The notes under the pieces are model-generated. The model had not been told where the DNA came from. It did not search any database and saw only the letters and a program-made list of their open reading frames with translations. The position numbers were made by a program, and so were the translations under genes. This document shows positions 1-13,806 of a stretch of DNA of 64,000 bases, in pieces. The stretch covers positions 10,519,457-10,583,456 of the forward strand of contig NC_057746.1 of NCBI RefSeq assembly GCF_004010195.1. The letters are read 5' to 3'. This DNA is from Chiloscyllium plagiosum (Eukaryota). Within the stretch, counting starts at the first letter, position 1. The number at the start of each line of letters is the position of its first letter.

Positions 1-537
1 GCTGGGCCCGCGTATTGCGACCCGGTAGGCCCATTCCACCCTTACCTGGCCTGATCCAGCTTGCAGATTTAAAAGTTGTGGCAGCCACTGCTCCAGGAAT
101 GCTGTAAGCTGGCCTTCCCCTTCCTGTTCGGGAAGGCCCAGCAAACGAATATTTTTTCGACGACCTCGATTATCGAGGTCGTCAATATGATTTTCCAAGG
201 TCCGGACTCGCTGCTCGAGAGTCCGGACCTGATCCACGGCCGATTGAGCGGTTGTCTCGAAGGTCGCGGCCTTTAGCTCCGCCCCTCCGACTCGGCGTTG
301 AATTTCTTCAATTTCACGGTCGTGCTTCTGCAGCGCAGCCGAGAGCGACTCCCAACGATTTCTGGATTCGACGATAAAGGTATCGATCTTCGAGTCAAGC
401 TTGGAAAGCATTTCTGCAAGACTTGCTACTGTCGGTAAGTCCCCCGGGGCGGCTGTGGACGCCTCTGCTGCAGCTGGTGAGTGTGGGGGAGGGGTTCCTG
501 CTTGCTGAGAGCTGCGGGCTCCCTTCCCTTTAGTCAT
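1..537 (-). CDS. L1 ORF1p N-terminal 179 aa (coiled coil and start of RRM), open to the window edge
   Basis: Manual translation from ATG 537 is stop-free to position 1: MTKGKGARSSQQ...QVRTLEQRVRTLENHIDDLDNRGRRKNIRLLGLPEQEGEGQLTAFLEQWLP. DDLDNRGRRKNIRLLGLPE matches the L1 ORF1p DLENRSRRNNIRIxGLPE motif. Absent from the ORF track because there is no stop in the window. Confidence 0.85.
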   Translation of the reverse strand, partial: MTKGKGARSSQQAGTPPPHSPAAAEASTAAPGDLPTVASLAEMLSKLDSKIDTFIVESRNRWESLSAALQKHDREIEEIQRRVGGAELKAATFETTAQSAVDQVRTLEQRVRTLENHIDDLDNRGRRKNIRLLGLPEQEGEGQLTAFLEQWLPQLLNLQAGSGQVRVEWAYRVAIRGPS

Positions 538-720
538 TTTAACTTAGGATTAAGTTGCTAAAATGTAATATTACACAACTAATTGAGTTACTAAACTATT
601 ATAAATGATTTATAAATGATTTGGTGAGCTTGGTAGGGGGTAGGTGACCCACTGTGCCCAAGTCTTGGGAGAAGCACTATAGACTCAGTCTTACTGGGTC
701 GCCGCCATCTTGGATCCCCC
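1..720 (-). mobile_element. L1-clade LINE, 5' end (5'UTR plus start of ORF1); the element continues off the left edge
   Basis: The minus strand starts GGGGGATCCAAGATGGCGGC (G-run plus YY1-type motif, as at L1 5' ends), followed by an ATG at 537 and an ORF1-type frame. The region is CpG-rich. Confidence 0.85.
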
Positions 721-749
721 GGTCTACCCCTTTTTTAAGCTGTATCCTC

Positions 750-2390
750 TGGTTCGGCACTCACCCATCAGGAAACATGTTTCCTGCAGCCAGAGTGTCC
801 AATCCTTTCATAATCTTATATGTCTCAATCAGATCCCCACTCAGTCTTCTAAACTCAAGGGTATGCAAGCCCAGTCGCTTCAGTCTTTCAGTGTAAGGTA
901 ATCCCACCATTCCAGGAATTGACCTCGTGAATCTATGCTGCACTCCCTCAATAGCCAGAATGTCTTTGCTCAAAATTGGAGACCAGAACTGCACAGTACT
1001 CCAGGTGTGGTCTCACCAGGACCCTGGACAGCTGCAGAAGTACCTCTTTGCTTCAAAACTCAATCCCTCTTGTTATGAAGGCCAGCATGCTATTAGCCTT
1101 CTTCACTACCTGCTGTACCTGCATGCTTACCTTCATTGACCGGTGTACAAGAACACCCAGATCGCTTTGCACTGCCCCTTTACCTAAATTGATTCCATTC
1201 AGGTAGTAATCAGCCTTCCTGTTTTTGCCACCAAAGTGGATAACCATACATTTATCCACATTAAACTGCATCTGCCATGCATCTGCCCACTCACCTAACT
1301 TGTCCAGGTCACCCTGTAATCTCCTAACATCCTCATCACATTTCACCCTGCCACCCAGCTTTGTATCATCAGCAAATTTGCTAATGTTATTGCTGATACC
1401 ATCTTCTATATCATTGACATATATTGTAAAATCTGTGGTCCCAGCACGGATCCCAGCGGTACCCCACTGGTCACTGCCTGCCATTCCGAAATGGAGCCGT
1501 TTATGACTACCCTTTGTTTCCTATCAGCCAACCCATTGTCAATCCAATCTAGTACTTTGTCTCCAATACCATGCAGCCTAATCTTACTCACTAACCTCCT
1601 GTGTGGGACTTTATCAAAAGCTTTCTGAAAGTCCAGGTACACTACATCTACTGGATCTCCCTCGTCCAAATTCAGAGTTACATCCTCAAAAAATTCCAGA
1701 AGATTAGTCTAGCATGATTTCCCCTTCATAAATCCATGCTGACTCTGTCCTATCCTGTTACTACTATCCAGATGTGCCGTAATTTCATCCTTTATAATAG
1801 ACTCCAGCATCTTTCCCACCACTGAGTTCAGACTAACTGGTCTATAATTTCCTGCTTTCTCTCTCCCACCTTTCTTAAAAAAGTGGTATAACATTAGCCA
1901 CCTTCCAATCCTCAGGAACCGACCCGAATCCATCGAACTCTGGAAAATAATCACCAACGCATCCACGATTTTCCGAGCCACCTCCTTCAGTACCCTGGGA
2001 TGTAGACCATCAGGCCCCGGAGACTTACCAACTTCAGACCTAACAGTCTCTCCAACATCAAATCCTGGCAAATATAAATTCCCTTAAGTTCAGGTCCTTC
2101 AGCCACTTACCTCAGGGAGATTGCTTGTATCTTCCACAGTGAACACAGATCTGAAGTACCCATTTAATTCTTCTGCCATTTGTTTGTTCCCCGTAATATA
2201 GTCCCCTGTTTCTGTGTTCAAGGGCCCAATTTTAGTCCTAACCATTTTTTTGCCTTGCACATACTAAAAACCTTTTACTATCCTCCTTTATATTATTGGA
2301 CAGTTTACCTTCGTACCTCATTTTACCTCTGCGTATTTTCTTCTTAGTAATCCGGTGTTGCTCTTTAAAAGCTTCCCAGTCCTCAGATGG
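750..2390 (-). mobile_element. CR1 (HER1-like) LINE, ORF2 reverse transcriptase fragment
   Basis: ORF pieces with KSPGPDGLHPRVLKE, NYRPVSL, QHGFMKGKSC, DVVYLDFQKAFDKVPH, SKFADDTKLGG and RRLSGDLIETYKIM; frameshifted. Confidence 0.93.
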
Positions 2391-4814
2391 AACATTTCCA
2401 TGGTGAAGTCATTGCGGATGTAATGATAGTGAATTATGCAAATTGCCATAATTACTGCCTATGTTAATGTGAAGATTGCCTTGCGGTGGAATAACAAAAA
2501 ACAGAAACAGAAATGAGGAAAACATAAAATATCAATAAAAATAACCTCGCTCATCAATTTAGACATGCTCCTTCTACTGCCTCCTTTGAATTTGAAATGA
2601 TTTTAACCATAGTTAACACAACAACGAGTGTAACAAGTTTAGAAATCACACACAGTTTTTCTCTCGCCAGTCAATAAAGTCATGACAGAACTGGTCAGCG
2701 AACTGCACATTGTTAGGCTATTCAAATATCTCTTAATATCCACTCTCTAGATACTTACGGGTATATGTCTTGGATACTCTCAACAAAACATAATCCATTG
2801 ATTTCAGAGGCAGTGAATTTCAAAGAAGCATTATCTTGCCTTAAGTAACTAACCCTTCTTATCGGCAAAAATGCCTGGTTCGTCATTTTGACGCTGCAGC
2901 CGCAATCCCATCGAGAATAAATGGTTGATTTGATTTGATTTGTGCCACATGTAGTAAAGTACAATGAAAAAGTTTCGTATTGCATGCAAGACACATAGAT
3001 CAGACTATAAAAAGTGCAATGCGGCAAAGGAAGATTGCGGAGAATAAATCGTTATGGCTGCAGTGAAGTTACCAAAAGACCGAGATCAACACTAAAATTA
3101 AGATTTGACAGGTCCAATCAGAACTCTTATAACAGTGGGAAAGAAGCCATTCTTCAAATATTTATCAACGACCCAAGAAGGGTTATTTGTATTTCTGAGA
3201 TCGCATCAAATTAACTTCCACTAACTGGACTTTCGCAAAGATTCTGATAAAAAAATCCGCTTTGGAGTCTGAGAGTGAGCAGTGCCATGCTATCAAAGGA
3301 AACTACCCTAAAAAAAATCCAGAATTGGCAGAGTACAGAGGGTAATGTTGAACGGCTTTTGGGATTCAGCAGTGATCACTGTTCAGCACCGACTGTTCAA
3401 CTTTTATTTTGGCAGGACAAACAAAGAAACGGAACACACAAGGAACTGCAGTACGCTGAGAAGTAACCAGGATCAGAGGAACATTTGCATGCATGTCCAC
3501 TGAATACCTCGTGGGATCTCACTCGTCATTAAATATTTCTCCCTGAATTCCCATCCCATCATAGACTTCTTGACGGTTTGCAAAGTGATTCTCAACAGTT
3601 GAACAGACGAGCTGGATAACAATCCTGTTCAGTCGCTTCATGAATCCATCTTCTGTGTACGACAAGTCCACTGGCAGGATTTGAACAGAAATGAATAATA
3701 TATGTTAGGCCAGAAAAACTGCGAAAACTCCAAGATCTCGAATGTCGTTTCTCCCTATGAAATCAATAGGATTTTATGTATTTGGTGAAGGCAAATTCGT
3801 AGCTCAGTTTAACTATCACCATACTTCTTTTTGGAACATCACAGACTTAACTCTCATCTGGCGATGTTCTCGATTTGCCTGATCGTTGTTTAACTAAAAT
3901 TCAGTGATTTTCAAATGGTAAAGTCAGAATGTGTTAAGTGGCAGAAAGCCTTCCCTCGGAGCTTTGTTGGCACATAACATTCGCTCTTTGGTCAGGTTGC
4001 TATACCTGGAAATATTTGTATGAACAAAATGCAACATTAACTGTGAAGTGAAACTGAAAGTAACATTGGACTAGTTATCAAAGCACGGTTATTACGCTGT
4101 GAAAGGCTGACTTTGAGGCTACAGAAATCAGTGGAATGTCCTTGGTACATTGGCCGAACTCACTAATTTGCAGCAGCATTTCGAGATTGCGGGAGTATCA
4201 TTCCATTCGTTCCACTCCCCTAATTTATGCAATCGGAATAATATCTGAATTCTCGACACCATCAGAACAAAGATGCGCAATTTTGATGTTTTGTCTCGTT
4301 AACCAATTGTTCCATCTATCACTGGCGCTGTAGTGTTTAGTGTTGACTATACGCAAAAGGAACTAAAATATTTCTCAAAATTTCACTGCGCACCATTGCT
4401 GATCAGTCTCTCGGCTCATAAACGATGAAGGAGAGCAGGAATTCTGAAGGGCGACATCACCAATTTGTTTTCAAATTGCACGTCATCCTAATTTTGGAAC
4501 TTGATGCAATGGACACATCTGCCCAGACTGTCACAATCCTGAAGCTTTATCCCTAGCAGAGTCATTCTTTCTCTTCTTGGAATGCAGTGTCTTCAGAAGA
4601 GAATCAATCTTAGATTGAGAGTCATACTGCATAAAAACAGATAGTTTGGTCCAACGATACTGTGTCGACCATGTTCCCCAACGAATTTGATCCGACGTGC
4701 CTGTGTTTGGCAATGATCGCTACAAGCATTTCCTTTACATGAAAATATCGAAAGATATTATAAACATTGTAAATGTACCTATAACTACTACTTCGACTGG
4801 CAGTTATACAACCA

Positions 4815-7800
4815 TAGAGTCAGAGATGTGCAGCAAAGAAACAGACCATTCAGTCCAACATGTCCAACCAGATATCCCAACCCAATCTAGGTCCACTTGC
4901 CAAAAACGGACCATATCCTTTCAAACCCTGCCGAGCCATATACCCATCCAGACGCCTTTCAAATATTGCAAATGTACCAGCCTCCACCACTTCCTCTGGC
5001 AGTTCTTTCCATACATGTACCATCCGCTGTATGAAAACGTTGCAGCTTAGGTCTCTTTTATATGTTTCCCCTCTTGCTCTAAACCTGTGCCCTCTAGTTC
5101 TGGACTCCCCCACCCCAGGGAAAAGATTTTGTCTATTTATCCCATCCATGCCCCTCATGATTTTGTAAATCTCTAAGGTCACCCCTCAGCATCCGACGCT
5201 CAAGGGAAAACAGCCCTAGCCTATTCAACCTCACCCTATAGCTCAAATCATCCAAAAGTGGTAAAATCTGTGTAAATATTTCTCAATCCTTCCAAGTTTC
5301 ACAATATTTTTCCAATATGAAAGAGACCAGAACTGCATGCAATATTCCAACAGTGGCCTAACCAATGACCTGTACAGTCGCAACATGACCTCCCAACTCC
5401 TGTACTCAGTACTCTAACCAATACAGGAAAACATACAAAACGCCTTCTTCACTGTCCTCTCTATCTGCGACTCCACTTTCAAGGAGCTATGAACCTGCAC
5501 TCTAAGGTCGCTTTGCTCAGCAACACTCCTTAGGACCTTACAATAAAGTGTATAATTCCTGGTAAGACTTGCTTTCGCAAAATGCAACAGCTCACATTTA
5601 TCTAAATTAAACCCCATCTGTCACTTCTCACCCCATCTGCCACTTCTCAGCCCATTGGTTCATTTGATCAAAATCGCATTGTAATCTGAGTTAACCTTCT
5701 TTGCTGTACACTACACCTCAAATTTGGTGTCATCTGCAAACTTGCTAACTATACCTCTTATGCTCACATCCAAATCATTTATATAACCTTGTTGCACGCT
5801 ACTGGTCACCGGCCTCCAGTCTGAAAAGCAACCCTCCTCCACCACCACACTGTCATTTTCATCAGTCAGTTCTATCCAAATCACTTCGTCTCCCTGTATT
5901 CCGAGAGATCTAACCATGCTAACCTATCTCCCATGGGGAACTTTGTCGAACTCCTTACTGGTGTCCATACAGATCACGTCAATCACTCTGCCCTCAATCC
6001 TCTTTGTTAATTCTTCAAAAGCTCAATCACGTCTGTGAGACATGATTACCTATGCAAAAAGCCATGTTGACTATCCCTAATTAGTTCTTCCCTTTCCAAA
6101 TACATGTACATCCTGTTCCTCAGGATTCCTTCCAACAACTTGCCCACCACGAACATCAGACTCACTGGTCTATTGTTTCCTGACTTGGCCTTACCACTTT
6201 TCCGAAACAGTGGCAGCACATTACCCAACCTCCAGTCTTCCAGCACCTTACCTGTTACTGTCAATTATACAAATATCTCAGCAAGGGGCCCAACAATCAC
6301 TTTCCTAGCTTCCCAGAGAATTCTAAGGTACACCTGATCAGGTCCTGGATATTTATCCACTTTTATGCATTTCAAGACATCCAGCACTTCCTCTGTAATA
6401 TGAACATTTTTCAAGATGTCATCATCTATTTCCTGACATTCTATGTCTTCCATGTCCTTTCTCACATTTAATGCTGATGCAAAGTTGTCGTTTGGTGTCT
6501 CCCCCATCTCCTGCAGTTCCACACAAAGTCTGCCTTGCAGATATTTGTGGGGACTTACTTTCTCGCTTGTCCTTAATATATTTGTAAAAGCCCTTTGGAT
6601 TCTCCTTAATTCTATTTGCCAAAGCTATCTCTTATCCCTTTATTTGTACTCCTGATTTCCCTCTTTGGTATACTTCTACTGTCGTTACTCTCTAACGATT
6701 TACTTGATCCATCCTGTCTATACCGGAAATATGCTTCCTTCTTTTTCTTACCAAACCCTCAATTTCTTTAGTCATCCAGCTTCCACTATAGCTACCAGCC
6801 TTTCCTTTCACTCTAATTGGAACATACTGTCTCTGAACTTTCATTATCTCATTTCTGAAGACTTCCCGTTTTCCAGCTGTCTTTTTATCTGCGAACATCT
6901 GCCCCCAATCATGTTTTGAAAGTTCTTGTATAATACTGTCAAAACTGGTCTTTCTCCAATTTAGAATTTGAACTTTTAGATGTGGTCTATCTTTTTCCAT
7001 GATTATTTTCAAAATGATAGAATTGTAGTCGCTGGCCTCAAAGTGCTTCCCCGTTGACACCTCCGTCACCTGCCCAGCCTGATTTCCCAAGAGTAGGTCA
7101 AGTTTTACACCTTCTCTAGTTGGTATATCCACATACTGCATCATAAGATTTTCTTGTACACACTTAACAATTTACTCTCCATCTAAACCTTTAACACTAT
7201 GGCAGTCTCAGTCTATGTTTGGAAAGTTAAAATCCCCTACCATAACCACCCTATTATTCTTACAGATAACCGAGACCTCCTTACAAGTTTGTTTCTCAAT
7301 TTCTCTGACTATTAAGAGGCCTATAATATAATCCCAATAACGTCATCATTCCTTTCTTATTTCTCAGTTCCACCCAAACATCTTCCCTGGATATATTTCC
7401 AGGAATATCTTCTCTCATTACAGCTGGAGTGCTATCCCTTATCAAAAATGCCACTCCTCCTTTCTTGTCACCCTTTCAGTCCTGCGTGTAGCATTTGTGT
7501 GCTAGAACATTAAGCTGCCAGTACTGTCCATCCCGGAGACGTGTTTCTGTAATTTCTATGATATTCCAGTTCCATGTTCCTCACCTCTGCCTTTTTTGTT
7601 CGGCCTCTTGCAATGAAATAAATGCAGTTTAATTTATCAGTCATACCTTGTTTTCTGCTTTGTCCCTGCCTGTCCTGACTGACTTACTTCTGTTCTCAAC
7701 TTTACCAGTCTCAGATTGATCTCTTTCCTCACTATCTCTCTGGTCCCACCACCGCCACACCGCCCCACCTGCCAACCGACATTACTAGTTTAAATCCTCC

Positions 7801-8280
7801 CAAGCAGCTCTACCAAGTCTCTGCTAGTATATTAGTCCCGTTACAATTTATGAGCAATCCGTCCTTCTTGTACAGGTCACTTCTACCCCAGAAGAGTTTC
7901 CAATGATTCAAAAATGTGAATCCTTCTCCCATACACCAGCTGCTCAGCCACGCATTAAAATACTCTATCCTCCTATTCCTATCACTAGCTCGTAGCAGTG
8001 GGAGTAATCCAGATATTACTATCCTCGAGGACCTCCTATTTGAATTCCTGCCTAACTCTAATCTCCCTTCAGAATCTCAACATTTTCCCTTCCTATGTTG
8101 TTGGTTGCAATGTGTACAATGACTTCCATCTGGCCCTCCTCCCCTTTGAGAACATTCTACACCCTCAGACATTCCTGATTCTAGCACCAGGGAAGCAACA
8201 CCATTCTGCCTTTTTACTGCTGGCCATAGAAACGTTTGTCTGTACCTCGGATTAGAGACTCCCCTCACACAATCACACGA
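4815..8280 (-). mobile_element. Near full-length degraded CR1 LINE (ORF1 esterase region, endonuclease, RT, 3' tail)
   Basis: RT fragments (SKFADDTK, RPVSL, QHGF), EN fragment PTREGVKLDLLLGN, ORF1-like 5' part, and a CATAGAGTC-type 3' tail near 4815. Confidence 0.9.
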
Positions 8281-8694
8281 CACATGAACCACACTCTTTG
8301 TAAATTAAGTGTCCCTCATGTTACTCACTGCTGTATTCCTACCCTCGGACCTTTTCTTGCGGCCATTGTGTGTACATGGCTCGTGCAGTTGAGTTTCTGG
8401 TGAATGGTAACCTCCATGGTCTTGACACTGGATGATTCAGTAATTGTACCACATTAAATGTCAGTGGACAGTGCTTGGATTGTTTCTTGTTTGAGACAGT
8501 CTTTGCTTGGCATTTGTGTGACACAATGTAATGATTTTATCCAGGTCATAGAGTCATAGAGAATCATAGAGCTGTGCAGTCCAAAACCGGCCTTCGGTCC
8601 AATTTGTCCTTGCCGACCAGACATCCTAAATTAATCTAGTCCCATTAGCCAGCACTTGTCCCCTATCCCTCTAAACCCTTCCTATTCATATACC

Positions 8695-9239
8695 TGATGA
8701 TATGGACCCCTCCAGAGGGGCCCGTTCATTCGATATTGGTCAAAAGAATCAATGGAATGCGGTCTGTACGAAGCAAGGTCATTAGTTTAATAAAGTAAGG
8801 CAGCCTGATGCAATTCTTTCCAGCAACAGAGGTTAAAGCTTCTGTGCTCTGTGGCGAAATTGCGCAATTACTATTGAACAATAAGCATTTTTACGTTTTT
8901 GAGAAACAGTACAGCCTTAATTACAAGAAAAGACCAATCAACTGTAATACAGTGATATAGTTGACAACAGGCTAATCCAAAGATATTCCCTGGGAATCGG
9001 TTCTTAGTCATGTAAATCTTCATCGAATGCTAGGAGTTCAAGGTTAGTTCGAACGGTCAATTAATATATCGTTATTCGCTTTATGAAAACTCCATTATCT
9101 TCTATTTCAGCTAATTCAGCAAAGCAGCTCTACAGGTTCACAAAGTCAAATCATAACCTGCAGCCATTTTGTTGTTAGTCAAAACCTACATATGTTTGTT
9201 GCTTCTGACAACAACCTAAGTTCAAATTTTAAATCCTCA
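8695..9239 (-). mobile_element. Solo LTR (545 bp) inserted into a CR1 3' end
   Basis: Starts TG and ends CA, with imperfect terminal inverted repeats (tgatgat / atcctca) and a 4-bp TSD TACC (8691-8694, 9240-9243). Removing it restores the CR1 sequence ctattcatatacccatccagatgcc. Strand is tentative. Confidence 0.8.
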
Positions 9240-10096
9240 TACCCATCCAGATGCCTTTTAAATGTTGTAATTATACCAGCCTCCAGCACTTCCTCTCGCA
9301 GCTCATTCCATACACGCACCACCCTCTGCGTGAAAAAAGTTGTCCCTTATGTCTCTTTTATATCTTTCCCCTCTCACCCTAAACCAAGCCCTCTAGTTCT
9401 GGGCTCCCCCATTCCAGGCAAGTGACCTGTTTATTTACCCAATCCATGCCCCTCATGATTTTATAAACCTCTACAAGGTCACCCTGAGCCTCTGACGCTC
9501 CAGGGAAAATAGCTCCAGCCTGTTCAGCCTCTCCCTCCAACCCTGGCAAAATCCTTGTAAAGCTTTTCTGAACCGTTTCAAATTTCATCCTTCTTGTAGG
9601 AAGGAGACAGAATTGAATACATTATTCCAAAAATGGCCAAACCAATGTCCTATGCAGCTGCAACATGACGTCCCAACTACTGCGCCCAATGCTCTGACCG
9701 ATAAAGTAAAGCATACCAACGCCTTCATCACTGTCCTATCTGCCTGCAACTCCACGTTCAAGGAACTATGAACCTGCACCCGTAGGTCCCTTTGTTCAGC
9801 AACACTCTACAGGACCTTACCATTAAGTATATAAGTCCTGCCCAGATTTGCCTTCCTAAAATACAGTACCTCACATTAAGCTAAATCAAATTCCATCTGC
9901 CACACCTCGGCCCATTGGCCCATTTGATTAAGATCCCATTGTCCACCCCGAACAAATTCCTCATCATCAAAGCCCTTAACACAATGGCAGACCCAGTCTA
10001 TGTTTGGCAAGTTAAAATCGCCTACTATTACTACCCAATTATTCATACAAATATCCTTACAAATTTGCTTACCAATTTCCCACTGACTTTTGGCAG

Positions 10097-10133
10097 GGGG
10101 GCGGGGGGGGGGGGGGGGGGGGGGGGGAGGGCG
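10097..10133 (+). repeat. Poly-G tract
   Basis: Near-pure G run that produces the poly-Gly and poly-Pro ORF artefacts. Confidence 0.9.
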
Positions 10134-11769
10134 GGAAGAGTCTACACTATAATCCCAATGAGGCCATCTTATCTTACAGTTCCACCAAAATAACTGTCCT
10201 GAATCAGCTCCCAGGAATATCATCCCTATATACAGTTCTAATGTTATCCCAAACTAAAATAAACCACTCCACCTCTACTCTAGCCACGCCCCTCCATTTC
10301 AATCCGTCCTGTAGCATTTACATTCTGGAACATTTAGCTGCCAGTCCTGTCATCCCTAAACCATGCTCTGATATTGCCAAGATATCCCAGTCTCATGTTC
10401 CTAACCATGCTAGGAGTTCATCTGACTTCCATGTTAGGCATCTTGCATTGCAATAAACGCAGTTTCATTTATCAGTCCTACCTTGTTCTCTGCCTTGACT
10501 GTTTGACTCGCTCTTTTTTCCAGAACAGTACCAGTCTCACTGTTTCCACTGTCTCTTTGGACTCCTCCCACCTTGCTAGTCTCAAGCCTCATGGAACACT
10601 AACAAATCTCCCTGCCAGTAAATTAGTCTCTTTCTAATTCAGGTGCAACCCGTACTTCTTATATACGTCAGATCAACTCAGAAGAGATTCCAATGATCCA
10701 AAGATGTGAGCCCTTGTCCCCTGCACATGCTCCTCAGCCGCGCATTCGCCTGCACTATCCTTCTATTCTATCCTTCTGCTCAATTGGCTCATGGCACGGT
10801 AGTAATCCAGATATTACTACCCTCAAGGACCTTTTTTAAAACACCTGCCTCATTTCCTATATTGTCTCCTCAATCTCTTTCTTATCCTATACCATTAGCT
10901 CCAATGTGTATACAATGACCACTTGCGGATCCCTCTCGACTTTGAGAGTATTCCACACCCTTGCCAAGATATCCTTGACCCTGGCATGAAACACCATCCT
11001 CTTTGCTCATTGCCAGCTGCAGAAATGTCTGACGAGGGAGTCTTCTATCACAATCATTCATTTGGAACCTGAAATACCCCTCATTATATTAGAGCCATTC
11101 TCGGTACTAGAAACTTGGCTGTTCATGCTACATTCGCTTGAGTCCATCACCCCGACATTGTCCCAAAACAGCACACATGATTGAGCTAAGTATAGGCACA
11201 ACAGGCTCCTGCACTACCTGTCTCCCTCTCCTACCTTTCCTACCTGAAAGTAACTGTGATCTTTCTCCCTTCCTGAAACTGCCATCCATTACACCTTCCT
11301 GGTCCAGTACATTCCTCATTGTCTCTAACTGACGTTCCAACCCATCATGTGATCTGATGGGATTCACAACCAAACACACATTTACTGCAAACATACTTAT
11401 TAGTAACATGGAGACGCTCCCTAATCCCTCACATCCAACGGGAAGAGTATATCACTCCTCTGAAGGCCATCTTTTTACTTTAACAAGCTGCAGACCCAGA
11501 AAATAGCAGATCCTTATTGCTGCCGGATACATTTAAGAATCAATTTAATCGAGACAAATCTGAATAAAAGATGAATTAAAAAATCTCACGTTACTCACTA
11601 TTATTGCTTCACAAAAAAGAATAGATTAAGGTTTATGTTTTTTTAAAAGTCTTATAAAACACTGAACTGATCCTCAGCTGTAAGGTGGTTCAATAATGAG
11701 GTCTGTCCAAGGTCAACTGTGAATTTCACTGCTTTTCTCAGACTAAACTCAATGTCCAGAGTTTCACTG

Positions 11770-12400
11770 GAGATTTATGACCTTATGATGGAGCGAAGTC
11801 ATTGTTGATGTAGCTGAAGAAAGTTGGGCCTAGGTATGAGGAATTCCTGCAGAGATGACCTGGACCTAACATGACTGACCTCCAACTATTATAATCATCT
11901 TCTGTGAATGAATCTAAACATTGGAGAGATTTACCCGATACCCATTGATTCCAGTTTTGCCCTGGCTCCTTGAAGCCACACTCAGTCAAATGCAGTCTTA
12001 ATGTCAAGGGCTGTCACTCTCACCTCTGGAATTCAGCTTTTTTGTCCATGTTTGAACTAAGACTGTAATGAGATCAGGGACTGATTGACCCTGGTGGCAC
12101 CCAAACATGGCACCACTGAGCAAGTTATTGCTGAGCAGGTGCTGCTTGATCGCACTGTCGATGAACCGTCCATCACTTTAATGATGATAGAGGGTAGACT
12201 GATGGGGCAGTAATTGGCCGGGTTGGATTTGTCCTGCTTTTTATGCACAGGACACAGCTAGGCTATTTTCCATATTGTTGGGGTAGATGCCAGTGCTCGA
12301 GTTATGCTGGAAAAGTTTGTCTCGCAAACGGCAAATTCTGCAGCACAAGTCCTATTCCTGGAAGGTCGTCAAGGCCCATAGCCTCTGCAGTATCCATTGT
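11770..12400 (-). mobile_element. LINE RT fragment (second CR1-group family)
   Basis: HKKQDKSNPANYCPISLPSIIIKVM motif; same family as 46580-48075. Confidence 0.8.
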
Positions 12401-13676
12401 GAGTGTATATTCACAAAATTATCTGTTCATGTTTTATTCACTTGGGACTAAGTTGTATCTTAGTGTTGATGATGCTAAGCATCGATACAACAAAAAGCGA
12501 AGGCCATTACTTTAGGCCCAACCCACCGTTTCTATATCAGTCAATATCTAGCTGACAATAGCATCCACCTACCTATTGCCTGCCTTTTATCAACTTTATG
12601 CTCCTATGTAAACTCATCACCCTACAAATATAACAACCTGACCACATTTTCTCCTCTTCAAACTAAAACTATGTACAATTTCTCAACTACAATTGTTAAA
12701 CTAATATTACTACTAGCCCCTGGGAGAGATCCTCCACTTTATGAAGCTTCTGTGTGAGAAAGAATGAACTGGCTCAGCATCTTTGGAAAAGGGGTACACC
12801 AAAAACATCGACTTCTCCACCTCCTGATGCTGCCTGGATTGCTGTGTTCTTCCAGCCGCCTGCCCGCCTACTTTGGATTCCAGCATTTACAGTATTGTTG
12901 GCTCCACTATTTTTATTAGCTACCCCCGAGTCAGTAATGACAAGGTCAATTTATACAGAATTTTACAAAATCAATGCCTTTCATCCAGACCTAATAAATT
13001 TATGTTTCAAAAGGAACTAATTTAAACAGGCCTTCTGGGGTTAAGTGAGTGAAGTTATTATTTAATAAATGTGAGAAGAAATAAAAATGTAACACACACT
13101 GATTTGAAAAAAAATCCGTTGACTCTGAATCATCCATCTCAAACTTCTTTTATGGCTTGTTCAAACAGTTGATTACACAATACTTGGCATGTTTAGGTAT
13201 CAGGTTACTGACTTTTCAGAACTGCAGCCATGTCTTGAAACGTTGGTTTTAAAACAGCTCCTTCTCAGTTCAGTCACAATTTATTTGAACAAGCACCAAA
13301 TAAAACTACATGGTCCTCAGGCTTTTCAGACAGCCACTGAATTTACATCTGCAGAAAGTTCTTCGGCAGAAACTCCATTTTATAAAGAAATGTGGTGAAA
13401 TTAAAAAGTTAATGTGTCTGAAGGTGATCAGAGTTTCAGGTCTGTGGACGTGACACTAGTCTGAAATTTATAACATTTTACAAAAACTTAGCCAAATTAA
13501 AGAATTTTAACGATTTTTTTTCACAATTGTAACAATTTAGTTATTGATGGAGTTGTCGCTTTTGTATTTTAAAGCCTTGATTCAATGTTCTACTTGAAGG
13601 TTTCAGCTCTTTTAAAGACTGAACTGTCGGCTGACATTTTTGTGAATGTCTGTCTCAAATATTTTTTCTATTCCAG

Positions 13677-13806
13677 GTGCCTCTGTTCCACTTTTCATAC
13701 AGTTGTGAACAAAAACAAGAGGACAATTTTAAAGAAGTTGTATTCAGATGCAGTTTATGTTGACTTTTCAATTAAAAGGTATGTGGAAAGAATTGCAGCA
13801 TATTAT
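13677..13806 (+). pseudogene. Possible decayed MHC class II alpha alpha-1 exon (5' half)
   Basis: Acceptor ttttttctattccag at 13662-13676. The phase-1 frame reads ..PLFIQL*TKTRGQF* (stops at 13706 and 13730). After a frameshift it reads SDAVYVDFSIKRYVERIAAY, which aligns without gaps to the recalled shark class II alpha-1 segment DEIFYMDFNLKKEVARIPEF. Same strand as, and upstream of, the alpha-2 exon. Confidence 0.45.

Larger units (their letters stand above)
8545..11510 (-). mobile_element. Degraded CR1 LINE with internal deletion, interrupted by a solo LTR
   Basis: Tail repeat catagagtcatagagaatcatagag at ~8548, 3' RT end at 9240-9930, EN fragment VIVGDFNLPNIDW and ORF1-like sequence up to ~11500. 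Confidence 0.85.

Noticed and set aside
2390-13676. Class II alpha leader exon and its X-Y promoter
   Set aside because: Searched by eye and found no convincing signal-peptide exon or spaced X-Y module; it may lie outside the window or be lost.
13747-13770. DAVYVDFS as a CR1 RT motif (DVVYLDFSKAFDKV)
   Set aside because: The following residues (IKRYVERI) do not match KAFDKVPH but do fit class II alpha-1. The alternative is not fully excluded, hence the low confidence of that feature.
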